Below are positions 39,770 through 48,559 of a DNA stretch of 64,000 nt, piece after piece. Within the stretch, counting starts at the first letter, position 1. Every line of letters begins with the position of its first letter. The position numbers were made by a program, and so were the translations under genes. The stretch lies in the NCBI GenBank assembly GCA_963774955.1, contig CAVZGV010000003.1:469695-533694 (forward strand), read 5' to 3'. Source of the DNA: Candidatus Falkowbacteria bacterium. GTDB taxonomy: Bacteria; Patescibacteriota; Patescibacteriia; CAIXNZ01. The notes beneath the pieces are model-generated. The model had not been told where the DNA came from, did not search any database, and was given only the letters and a program-made list of their open reading frames with translations.

Positions 39770-41014
39770 TTATGGCAGGTATTCCAGTGGATTTACCGGT
39801 AAGCCGTTTAAGCGCACTTCAAAATGCAAATGAGGGCCTATGGTCATGCTGCCTGCGCCTTTGGTGCCGGGCATACCCCCGGTTAAGCCAATAACATCGC
39901 CTTTTTTAACATAACTGTCCTCTCTTACATAGATAGCGCTGACATGGCCGTAAACTGTCGATAAATCATTGTCATGAATCAAAATGATATAACTATATCC
40001 CAGACCTGCGTCTTTGGCTCTGGCAACATAGCCATCAGCCGGTGCGCTGATTTGTGAACCTTGTTTGGCTCTGATATCGATAGCCGGATGTTCATAAACG
40101 TAGCGAAAAGGATATTCCGGATCATGAAAATATGCCGTTATATAATGGCCTTCAACCGGCCAATCCAGAGTATTCGATGCCGTGGTCCCTGAATTTTTTA
40201 GTTTTTGAATTTTATCTTTAAGCTGGATCTGTAGATTTTTAATGTCATCATCAATTTGACTTTGTTTTTGTCGAGAATCTGCCAGCATTTTCTGAAATTG
40301 GATTTGAGAAGTTTTTGTTTCCATTAACACCATTTCCTTGGACAATTGGTCATCTTTAAGTTTAGACTGCTTTTCGCTAAGCTGGATTTTTAAACTTTCC
40401 AAATCAAGCATTTGTCTTTCTTTGTCAGCTTTGCGGACTTCAAGGCTCAGTTTTAAATCCTGTAATCTGTCCACGGCTTTTTGAATGTCGGCTTGAACAG
40501 ATTCCAAGTAATTTATCTGGTTGAAAAATTCTGAAAATGAATTATTTAAAATTAAAATTTCCAAATATGATTTCTGATCGTTTTGGGCTATTTGCCTGAT
40601 AAATTCCACCAAACTTGTTTTTTGGCTTTCAATTTCATTTTGTTCACTCGAGATCTGATATTCCATGGCTTGGATTTCCAGTTTGGTTTTATCTACCTGC
40701 ATTTGCAAGGTTTTCGCGTCCAGTTCGACTTTGAGTATCTGATTATCCAATAATCCCAGTTGATCTTTTAGATCAGCGGACTGTCCTTTGTATTCCTCAA
40801 TTTTTTGGGCGTATTCGGCCGCGGCTTTTTTGAGGTTTTCGATGCTAATTTTGTTGGCTTCAATTTTTTGATTAATTGCCTCTAATTCCGGATTATTTTG
40901 TTCCAGCATAAGATCTGTATTTGGTTGTTCATCTTGAGCAATTGAAAAACCAGCGCATAAAATAAATACGCCTAAAATTAGGAAAAAAATTGTTTTCCCG
41001 AGATAATGTTTCAT
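39770..41014 (-). CDS. EnvC-like secreted coiled-coil protein with C-terminal M23 (LytM) peptidase domain
   Basis: Signal peptide. Long Q/K/E-rich coiled coil. M23 motifs HPAIDI and GPHLHFEV. Confidence 0.75.
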   Translation of the reverse strand: MKHYLGKTIFFLILGVFILCAGFSIAQDEQPNTDLMLEQNNPELEAINQKIEANKISIENLKKAAAEYAQKIEEYKGQSADLKDQLGLLDNQILKVELDAKTLQMQVDKTKLEIQAMEYQISSEQNEIESQKTSLVEFIRQIAQNDQKSYLEILILNNSFSEFFNQINYLESVQADIQKAVDRLQDLKLSLEVRKADKERQMLDLESLKIQLSEKQSKLKDDQLSKEMVLMETKTSQIQFQKMLADSRQKQSQIDDDIKNLQIQLKDKIQKLKNSGTTASNTLDWPVEGHYITAYFHDPEYPFRYVYEHPAIDIRAKQGSQISAPADGYVARAKDAGLGYSYIILIHDNDLSTVYGHVSAIYVREDSYVKKGDVIGLTGGMPGTKGAGSMTIGPHLHFEVRLNGLPVNPLEYLP

Positions 41015-41037
41015 CTGATCTAATTATAACACAAAAA

Positions 41038-41076
41038 CCGGCCAGATTATAGAAATTCAGCCGGTTATGTGGATAA
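41038..41076 (-). terminator. intrinsic terminator after gltX
   Basis: AACCGGC...GCCGGTT stem followed by a U-run on the minus strand. Confidence 0.55.
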
Positions 41077-41124
41077 AAATGGACAAGTCTAAAGTACAAA
41101 GTCAAAAGTCAAAAGTTAGGAAGA

Positions 41125-42603
41125 TTATAATTTGGAGATGGCGTAGGCAATTCTTTCCAGTGTTACTTTTTTGCCCATGACCCAGGCAATTTCAAAGGGG
41201 CTGGGCGAATTTTGTTGACCTGATAAAGCTACCCTCATAGGCCAGAGTATATCCCCTACTCCGAGGTTATTTTCTTTGATCCAGGGCATAATTTTTTCTT
41301 CCAGAGATTTGATTGTTTTAAAATCTGAATCCTTGAAGGTCTGAATAAAAGTCATCAATTTACCGATATTTTCCTTGGTTTGGGCTGCAGTTGATTTTTT
41401 CCAGACTAAAAGTTCAGGCTGATAAGTAATTTCCTGGGTGATCAGGAAATTTATATTTTGCGTGATATCTCCCAGTTTTTTAAGTCTTTCCTGACTAATT
41501 GTCACGATTTTTTCGGCTAATTCTTGGGAAATATCAGGCTGAACCTGTTTTAAATACGGCAGACAAAGTTCAGTTAAATCTTGAATTGATTTAGCTTTAA
41601 TATAATGGGCATTAATCCAGTCCAGTTTATCCAGATTAAAAACCGCTCCAGATTTAGATAAGCGAGTGATATTAAACTTTTTAATTAAATCTTCAAGTGA
41701 GTAAATTTCTTGTTCATTACCTGCTTCTTCATTCCAGCCTATGGTGGCAATAAAATTTATCAAAGCTTCCTTTAAGTAACCCTTTTGCAGAAAATCTTCA
41801 ACTGCCACATCGCCTTTACGTTTGCTCAGTTTTGTACGGTCGGGATTAAGCAATAATGAAAGATGAGCAAAATATGGTATTTCCCAACCAAAATATTTAT
41901 ATAAGAGCAGGTGTTTTGGTGTAGAAGATAACCAGTCATCACCACGTATAACATGTGAAATTTGCATTAAATGATCATCAACAACAACTGCTAAATGATA
42001 AGTCGGGTAACCATCTGATTTAATCAACACCTGATCATCTAGATCATTAGAATTAAATGAAACATCGCCCCTGATTAAATCATGGAAATTAATAGTCTCA
42101 TCATTAGAAATTTTCATCCGCATGACATAGGGCAATTTGGCGTCAAGTTTTGTTTTAATTTCCTCGGAAGTTAAGTTACGGCAAGTGCGGTCGTATTTTG
42201 GCGGTTGGTTGTTTTTTTGCTGCTCTGCCCTCATTGTGTCTAATCGTTCCGGGGTGCAAAAGCAATGATAAGCATGACCTTTTTCTATTAATTCCTGGGC
42301 TTGCTTCTGGTAGATGTCTAATCGTTGTGATTGTATGTATGGTCCGAATTTACCTTTGGTTTCAATTTTACCGTTTTTCAAAATTGGCCCTTCATCATAA
42401 ACAAAACCCATATTGGTAATTGTTTGCAACAGTGCTTCTTTAGCCCCAGGCAGCTCCCTTTTCTTATCAGTATCTTCGATGCGTAATAAAAATTCACCTT
42501 TATTTTGTTTGGCAAAAATATAGGCAAAGATCATAATTTCCAAGCCGCCGACATGGAGATAGCCGGTCGGACTGGGCGCGAATCTGGTTCTGACTTGTTT
42601 CAT
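41125..42603 (-). CDS. gltX: glutamyl-tRNA synthetase
   Basis: HIGH-type motif PSPTGYLHVG. KMSKS-type motif KLSKRKG. Confidence 0.9.
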   Translation of the reverse strand: MKQVRTRFAPSPTGYLHVGGLEIMIFAYIFAKQNKGEFLLRIEDTDKKRELPGAKEALLQTITNMGFVYDEGPILKNGKIETKGKFGPYIQSQRLDIYQKQAQELIEKGHAYHCFCTPERLDTMRAEQQKNNQPPKYDRTCRNLTSEEIKTKLDAKLPYVMRMKISNDETINFHDLIRGDVSFNSNDLDDQVLIKSDGYPTYHLAVVVDDHLMQISHVIRGDDWLSSTPKHLLLYKYFGWEIPYFAHLSLLLNPDRTKLSKRKGDVAVEDFLQKGYLKEALINFIATIGWNEEAGNEQEIYSLEDLIKKFNITRLSKSGAVFNLDKLDWINAHYIKAKSIQDLTELCLPYLKQVQPDISQELAEKIVTISQERLKKLGDITQNINFLITQEITYQPELLVWKKSTAAQTKENIGKLMTFIQTFKDSDFKTIKSLEEKIMPWIKENNLGVGDILWPMRVALSGQQNSPSPFEIAWVMGKKVTLERIAYAISKL

Positions 42604-42607
42604 AAAT

Positions 42608-43795
42608 TTATAAATAGTCTTTAAAATTATCTAAACCGATTTGAATTAGTTCTCGTCTTTGTGGGGAAGCGACATTTAAAATATTGGTCTTATCTACCCA
42701 CTGCCAAGCTGAGTGTTCATGCAGATCAAGGACAATATCAGAATCTTGCCCTATAAATTTTAATAAAAATAAAGTTTGAATTTGGCCGACATATTTATCC
42801 TGATTCCAGCGTGAATTGTTTCTAGGGAATTTATATTTATGGCAGTTTTTAATAAATTTAACAATTTCAAATTTATCAGTTCCAAGCTCCTGCTGCATTT
42901 CTCGGCAAATAGCCTCTTTATATTCACTATCTGATTTGGCATTCTTAGCGCCACCCTGAGGAAATTTCCATTCATTGGTTTTTGAATGTTTGCCTAAAAA
43001 TATTTGCTTTTGATCATTTATGATAAATCCTGCTACATTTTTACGGTAAGTAAACTCATTGCAAACTCGCCAATAAATACAGACTAATGGGAATAGTATA
43101 ACAGCTTTAAAGATTCTTTTCCAGCGCCAGGGTTCCTGGATTAAGCGCCACAGCCATTCTAAGCCTATTTTGCGCCATGATTGCGGTGCTCGCTTAATTT
43201 CTTCAGCTAAAAAGTCTATTGTCCCCCCCACCCCGATCATAATCTTTGTCTTGATTTTATGAAGATTATTAGCCATAAAATACTCTTGCTTGGGTGCGCC
43301 GAGGCAAGTAAAAATTATATCCGGTGCAATATTATTAATCTGGCTAATTAGGTTACTTTGATCGCTAATTCCTTGGCTGTCAAAATTACCTCCGTTTAAA
43401 TAGGAAATTTTTAATTTCGGGTATTTATAACTGCATAACGCAAGGGTTCGCTCCCCGACTTCCGTGACTCCACCCAGAATTAACACTGAGTAATTTTTTT
43501 GTTCAGACAATTTAATAAGTTCAATCGCCAAATCTGAACCGGTTGTAATATTGTTCAGTTGTGAACCTAAGATTTTAGCACCGACTTTCAGACCAAACCC
43601 GTCAGGAATTGAAAGTAATGATTTTTGGTGAAGACGGCGAAAAGGTTTATCCTTGTAGCCTAGGAGACAAATCTCGGGATTTGGTGTGGTAATATAGCCA
43701 TGGCGATCAGATGACAAAAAATCAGCAATTATTTTAATTGCTTCTTGTAGAGAAACGTCAGTAATTTTTGTGCCTAAAATGTAGATTTCTTTCAT
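42608..43795 (-). CDS. fusion protein: WecB/TagA/CpsF-family glycosyltransferase plus C-terminal Nudix-like hydrolase domain
   Basis: FTCLGAPKQEYF (WecG/TagA signature). C-terminal FPQGGAKNAKSDSEYKEAICREMQQELG resembles a Nudix box. Confidence 0.55.
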   Translation of the reverse strand: MKEIYILGTKITDVSLQEAIKIIADFLSSDRHGYITTPNPEICLLGYKDKPFRRLHQKSLLSIPDGFGLKVGAKILGSQLNNITTGSDLAIELIKLSEQKNYSVLILGGVTEVGERTLALCSYKYPKLKISYLNGGNFDSQGISDQSNLISQINNIAPDIIFTCLGAPKQEYFMANNLHKIKTKIMIGVGGTIDFLAEEIKRAPQSWRKIGLEWLWRLIQEPWRWKRIFKAVILFPLVCIYWRVCNEFTYRKNVAGFIINDQKQIFLGKHSKTNEWKFPQGGAKNAKSDSEYKEAICREMQQELGTDKFEIVKFIKNCHKYKFPRNNSRWNQDKYVGQIQTLFLLKFIGQDSDIVLDLHEHSAWQWVDKTNILNVASPQRRELIQIGLDNFKDYL

Positions 43796-43882
43796 AATTA
43801 GTTAAATTATAGCATAATTTGGTATTTTTTCAATAAAAAAAGCGGTCTATATTGCAGGCCGCTTAAATATAAGACTTTGAAG

Positions 43883-45298
43883 TTAATAAATTTTTACCTG
43901 TGTGCCCACCTTGGACCAGTCATAAAGCCATTTAGCATCCGATAATTTTAAATTAACGCAACCGTGGGAAACTCTGGTGCCGAATTTCCAGTGCCAATAA
44001 GCGCCGTGAATGGCGTAATCACGATAAAAATACATGACACTAGGGACATTGGGCAGATCGTAATTATCAGGATTATCTGGCCCGTAATATCTGGCCATAT
44101 TTGTTTTGGGTAATTTGGTTAAAATTTTATAACTGCCTACAGGCGTCGGAAATTTCCATTTGCCTGTGGAAATTATAAAATCCTTAATGGCTGCACCTTT
44201 AAATAACGCGTAAAGATGCTGTTTGCTTAGATCAATGGTAATTTGTTTGTAGTTGCCGTATTGATTTAGCGGTGAAATTGTTTGGGTTGCGACCAGCAGT
44301 TCGGTTCGTTGATCATTATTAATATCGAAAGCCGACACAGATAAACCGCCTTTAAAATCAGGATAAGTAAAAAATTTGGGATTTATTTTATTCTTACCAG
44401 TCAGGTCAAAAAATCTGACATGCGCTCCCCCGCTAAAACCAGCTCCGGTTATTAAGTCAGTTACGTGATCATTATCAATATCTGCCGCAGCCAAATTAAC
44501 GCCGCCGCCAAAACCGGGATCATAGGCATAGAATAGCCTGATTAAATTACCATCATAATCAAAGGCACGAATTTCCGGAGCATAACCGGTATTGGGCGCA
44601 ACCAGAATTTCAGCTTTTTGGTCATTATTAAAATCAACAGCCAAGACATTAACACCGTTTTTATAATTTTTATCAAAGACAGGAAACGACTTAATGAAAT
44701 TGCCATAGTTATCAAAAATTTTAATCACGGATTCTTGTTCATAACCGGCACCGACAATTATTTCTGTTTGGCCGTCATTATTGACATCTGCGGCTGCTAG
44801 GTTCACGCCACCGGTTATGGCTTGATCAAAAGCATAAAAATTAAATATTGGTTTGCCTGTAGCCGTAAAGATTTTTATCTGACTGGAACCAGTTTCCAAC
44901 TGTGACACCAAGATTTCCATATTGTTGGCATGATATAAATCAGCGACTATAACTCTAACCCCACCAGTGTAATTTTCTTCATAAGCCAAAAACTCCCTTA
45001 GCCATTGGCCGTTTGAATCAAAGATTTTAACCAGCGGCTTCTCATTACTGCCGGCGCCGATAACAATTTCACCCAGGTTATCATTATTGAGATCGGCTGC
45101 CGCAATACTTAAACCCAAAACACCCGAAGTATCAGGAAAAGGAAAAAAATCTTTTTTCAGTTCACCGGTTAACGGATTAAAAATCCTGACTGAAGGCCTG
45201 ATTATTTTAGTTGTTTCCGGTTTAGTTGTATTTACAGCCGCAAAAGTACTAAGCGGAAATATTAACAAACAAATTATTGTAACTAAATATTTTTGCAT
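43883..45298 (-). CDS. secreted FG-GAP repeat beta-propeller protein with C-terminal L,D-transpeptidase (YkuD) domain
   Basis: Signal peptide. Five or more FG-GAP-like repeats (AADxNNDxxxExxxGAG). L,D-transpeptidase catalytic motif HG...SHGCVNL. Confidence 0.7.
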   Translation of the reverse strand: MQKYLVTIICLLIFPLSTFAAVNTTKPETTKIIRPSVRIFNPLTGELKKDFFPFPDTSGVLGLSIAAADLNNDNLGEIVIGAGSNEKPLVKIFDSNGQWLREFLAYEENYTGGVRVIVADLYHANNMEILVSQLETGSSQIKIFTATGKPIFNFYAFDQAITGGVNLAAADVNNDGQTEIIVGAGYEQESVIKIFDNYGNFIKSFPVFDKNYKNGVNVLAVDFNNDQKAEILVAPNTGYAPEIRAFDYDGNLIRLFYAYDPGFGGGVNLAAADIDNDHVTDLITGAGFSGGAHVRFFDLTGKNKINPKFFTYPDFKGGLSVSAFDINNDQRTELLVATQTISPLNQYGNYKQITIDLSKQHLYALFKGAAIKDFIISTGKWKFPTPVGSYKILTKLPKTNMARYYGPDNPDNYDLPNVPSVMYFYRDYAIHGAYWHWKFGTRVSHGCVNLKLSDAKWLYDWSKVGTQVKIY

Positions 45299-45410
45299 AA
45301 TGAGTATTATAATTAAAATTTAGTGTAAATATAAGCTATAATTTGATTACGGTTATAATATATCAATTTTTACAATTAGTAAAATCAGAAAGTTGATTTT
45401 ATTGAAATAG

Positions 45411-46445
45411 TTGATATGTTATAATTATACCATGAATTTAGCTCAGTTTTGGACAATAAATCAAGATAAGATTCAATGTCAGCTTTGTAACCATTATTGC
45501 CTGATCAGCGAGGGCCAGACCGGTATTTGCGCTGTGAGGAAAAATATTGAGGGTAAGCTGTATTCTTTGGTTTACGGCAAAGTCATTGCTGCCAATATTG
45601 ATCCGATTGAGAAAAAGCCGCTGTTTCATTTTTTGCCTGGCAGTTTAAGCTATTCAGTGGCCACAGTGGGTTGCAATTTTAGATGCGCTCATTGCCAAAA
45701 TGCGGATATTTCGCAACTGGCTGAACAGACCTTTGGGACTGATTTTATTCCTGGCCGAGATAGCACGCCTGAAGAAATTGTGATCCAAGCACAAGCCAGT
45801 GGTTGTCATTCCCTTGCTTATACCTACACCGAACCGACAATCTTTGCTGAATTTGCTCTTGATTGTATGAAATTAGCAAAAGTAGTAGGACTAAAAAATA
45901 TCTGGGTATCCAACGGCTATACTGCCAAAGAAGCCTGGCCCCAGATACTTCCCTATTTGGATGCCATTAATGTTGATTTGAAATTTTTCATCAATGAAAC
46001 ATATCTGAAAATTTGCGGGGCCAAACTGCAGCCGGTTTTGGATAATTTAAAATTACTGTACCAGAATAAAATTCATCTGGAAATTACAACTCTGATTATC
46101 CCTGGCTTAAATAATTCGGATGAAGAATTAATGAATATTGCTAAATTTATAAGCAGAGAACTTAGTCCTGATGTCCCCTGGCATGTATCCCGCTTTTTTC
46201 CGCAATATAAACTACAGGATCTGAATCCGACCGCTGAGGATTTAATTTATAAAGCTATGTCAGTCGGCAAAGAGGCGGGTTTAAAATATGTTTACGGCGG
46301 TAATGTCACTAGCCAAGGTTTAGAAAATACTTATTGTCCCCAGTGCGGCGAATTAATTATTGTTAGGCAAGGTTACAAGATTAAAAGATTTGACAACAAG
46401 GGGAAATGTCCTGGTTGCAGAATTAAAATAGAATTTATAAATTAA
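45411..46445 (+). CDS. AmmeMemoRadiSam-system radical SAM enzyme (PflA-like); start may be M8 (45432)
   Basis: N-terminal Cys cluster CQLCNHYC...GIC. DPIEKKPLFHFLPGS. CNFRCAHCQN (CxxxCxxC). Confidence 0.6.
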   Translation: MICYNYTMNLAQFWTINQDKIQCQLCNHYCLISEGQTGICAVRKNIEGKLYSLVYGKVIAANIDPIEKKPLFHFLPGSLSYSVATVGCNFRCAHCQNADISQLAEQTFGTDFIPGRDSTPEEIVIQAQASGCHSLAYTYTEPTIFAEFALDCMKLAKVVGLKNIWVSNGYTAKEAWPQILPYLDAINVDLKFFINETYLKICGAKLQPVLDNLKLLYQNKIHLEITTLIIPGLNNSDEELMNIAKFISRELSPDVPWHVSRFFPQYKLQDLNPTAEDLIYKAMSVGKEAGLKYVYGGNVTSQGLENTYCPQCGELIIVRQGYKIKRFDNKGKCPGCRIKIEFIN

Positions 46446-46452
46446 GATATTT

Positions 46453-46484
46453 TAAAACCCGAGAATTTCTTCCCGGGTTTTATT
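46453..46484. terminator. bidirectional terminator between the radical SAM gene and the cyclase gene
   Basis: AAAACCCG-loop-CGGGTTTT. Confidence 0.5.
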
Positions 46485-46485
46485 G

Positions 46486-48312
46486 TCAGCTTGGTATGCT
46501 GACAACTTTGTTAAACTTTGATTTTTTAGATTCAGCCAGGGAATCAAAGTTTTTGAGACGGAAATCAGCGATTTCATAGATGTAGTAATCAGGCTGATTG
46601 GTTGCCGTGGGGTCTTTAGTTATCGACAGGTTGACCACGTAGATGTTATAAGCGGCTTGTTCCTGCTGGTAACCTTTTACCTGGAAATGATTCGGTGATT
46701 CGTCAAAGTCAACTCCGTCAAAGAAAATGCTGCTGATGAGCTGATAAGTATTTTCGGAAATGAGAATGTGACCGATCTGACAACTGGCTTCCATCCGATT
46801 GGCCAGATTGGTGGTTTCACCGATAGAAGTGTATTCCAGTTTCAGATCACTGCCAATGGCGCCGGCAATAACATTTCCGGAGTTAATGCCGACTCTCATT
46901 TCCAGGACTGTTTTGCCCTGCTGTTTACGCTGAGCGTTAAATAGGCGTAAGCTTTTCTGCATTTCAATGGCGCAAGCAACCGCTTTTTCCGCATGGTTGT
47001 CCAAAAGTACCGGCGCACCAAAAATGACTACAATCGCATCGCCGATATATTTGTCAGGAAACCCGCCCCATTTTTTAATGATGGGGATAAGAATGTCAAA
47101 ATAGTCATTAAGCAATCTGACAATGTCCTCAGGTTTCATGTTTTGGGTAATGGTGGAAAAACCGGCAAAGTCAGTAAATAAATTACTGACCTCGATATTT
47201 TGTCCGCCTAAAACCAAACCATGTTTGGCTGCTTGTTCAGCCAATTCCTTAGACAGGAGTTTTTCCAGCGTTTGCTTCATGTTCAAGCGTTCTTTGAGAT
47301 TGGTAATCATCAGGTTGAAAAAATTTATCAGCTTGATAAATTCAACACTTCCTGATTTTGGGACCTGATGTTCAAAATTACCCTGCATAATTGCTTCAGT
47401 GCCGCTAACCAAATCATGAATCGGACGTGACAGGTAAAGACTCAGCCTTGATGTCATCAGGATAATCCCCAGAATAATTAGCAGACTGATCACCATTAAG
47501 CTGATAGCAATGTTGACCATCATTTTTTTAATGACGACAGCATCAAGGTCCAGGGCAAATACATTGTATTGGCCACCTTGTTTGCTGGCTAGCCAAACAG
47601 AAAACCAAGTCCCCCACTCATCAGTATTGAACTTGGGAAAAATGTGCCAGACATAATGCCTGGGATCATGGTCAAAGCCTGTTCCTTGCTGTAAATAATT
47701 GCGGAAATACGGACAGTCATTGGCAACAACGTCATATTCCTGGCCAGGATAAGTGCTTTCAAACCAGCTGGAACCATCCAGCAAGAAACAGAGCTTAGTG
47801 ACATCATCAACCATAATGTAAGCATCATCAAAGATAAAACCGGCTGATTCAGCTGATTTTATTTTGTTGCTTAGGACTTGTTTGTATTGCCTGAAAACAA
47901 AAAGTAATTCAGGTTGAATAAAGAATTGTTCTTGCCAGAATTTGAAGGCCGTCTGTAATTGCTGATAGTCAAATTCCCGGTCTTGGTCATTTTCGCTGAG
48001 GATTTTTTCAATTTCTTGCCGCCTTAATAATTGGTCACGTTCCATGATCTGCCCAAAGGCAAGGGTTAAGTAATCGTCTTCGGGCTTGTCAGTAAGCTCT
48101 GAAATCCTCAGGGCAAAATTATTCATCTGCCTTAAATCATCAGGAGCGAATTTTGTTTCCATATCGGAAACCACAATATTGCCCCGTAAAATCAATTGAT
48201 CCAATGCTTGCCAGGGCCGTTGTGCTTCGATAACTAATACCGGCAAAGCAATAATTGAAACCAATACAAGACCAAACATGACCAGTTGCTTCCTAAAAGA
48301 ATTTGTTTTCAT
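46486..48312 (-). CDS. membrane sensor adenylate/guanylate cyclase (extracytoplasmic domain, TM, HAMP-like region, class III cyclase domain)
   Basis: Two TM segments flank a ~230-aa external domain. Cyclase motifs FTDFAGFST, KYIGDAIVVIFGAP and MRVGINSGNVIAGAIG. Confidence 0.8.
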   Translation of the reverse strand: MKTNSFRKQLVMFGLVLVSIIALPVLVIEAQRPWQALDQLILRGNIVVSDMETKFAPDDLRQMNNFALRISELTDKPEDDYLTLAFGQIMERDQLLRRQEIEKILSENDQDREFDYQQLQTAFKFWQEQFFIQPELLFVFRQYKQVLSNKIKSAESAGFIFDDAYIMVDDVTKLCFLLDGSSWFESTYPGQEYDVVANDCPYFRNYLQQGTGFDHDPRHYVWHIFPKFNTDEWGTWFSVWLASKQGGQYNVFALDLDAVVIKKMMVNIAISLMVISLLIILGIILMTSRLSLYLSRPIHDLVSGTEAIMQGNFEHQVPKSGSVEFIKLINFFNLMITNLKERLNMKQTLEKLLSKELAEQAAKHGLVLGGQNIEVSNLFTDFAGFSTITQNMKPEDIVRLLNDYFDILIPIIKKWGGFPDKYIGDAIVVIFGAPVLLDNHAEKAVACAIEMQKSLRLFNAQRKQQGKTVLEMRVGINSGNVIAGAIGSDLKLEYTSIGETTNLANRMEASCQIGHILISENTYQLISSIFFDGVDFDESPNHFQVKGYQQEQAAYNIYVVNLSITKDPTATNQPDYYIYEIADFRLKNFDSLAESKKSKFNKVVSIPS

Positions 48313-48419
48313 TACAAGCCTCCATAAAATAGATTTTAAAAAGAACTAAGATATCCACTGATTATTTGAAATTACTAAAAAAGCTAGGTTTTGTCAAGAT
48401 TTGTCAACTTTTCCTTGCC

Positions 48420-48448
48420 TTGACATTTGGAATATATTTTAATATACT
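48420..48448 (+). promoter_or_regulatory. sigma70-type promoter TTGACA-17-TATACT upstream of clpB
   Basis: TTGACA at 48420-48425. A 17-nt spacer. TATACT at 48443-48448. Confidence 0.6.
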
Positions 48449-48452
48449 ATAT

Positions 48453-48479
48453 TTAGCACTCTATATTGACGAGTGCTAA
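48453..48479 (+). promoter_or_regulatory. CIRCE operator (HrcA binding site) TTAGCACTC-N9-GAGTGCTAA
   Basis: Perfect match to the CIRCE consensus 5 nt downstream of the -10 box. Confidence 0.85.
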
Positions 48480-48559
48480 GATTTCAACCTACTGAAATCT
48501 GTGCCGCAAAGCGGCATCCCGCTGCGCGGGGTAATCTTAAATCCTAAATCTGTATATAT

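Noticed and set aside
41077-41124. CRISPR-like or other direct repeats (aaagtcaaaagtcaaaag, and other short tandem runs)
   Set aside because: Only 2-3 copies of 8-9 nt with no spacers of regular length. This is not a CRISPR array.
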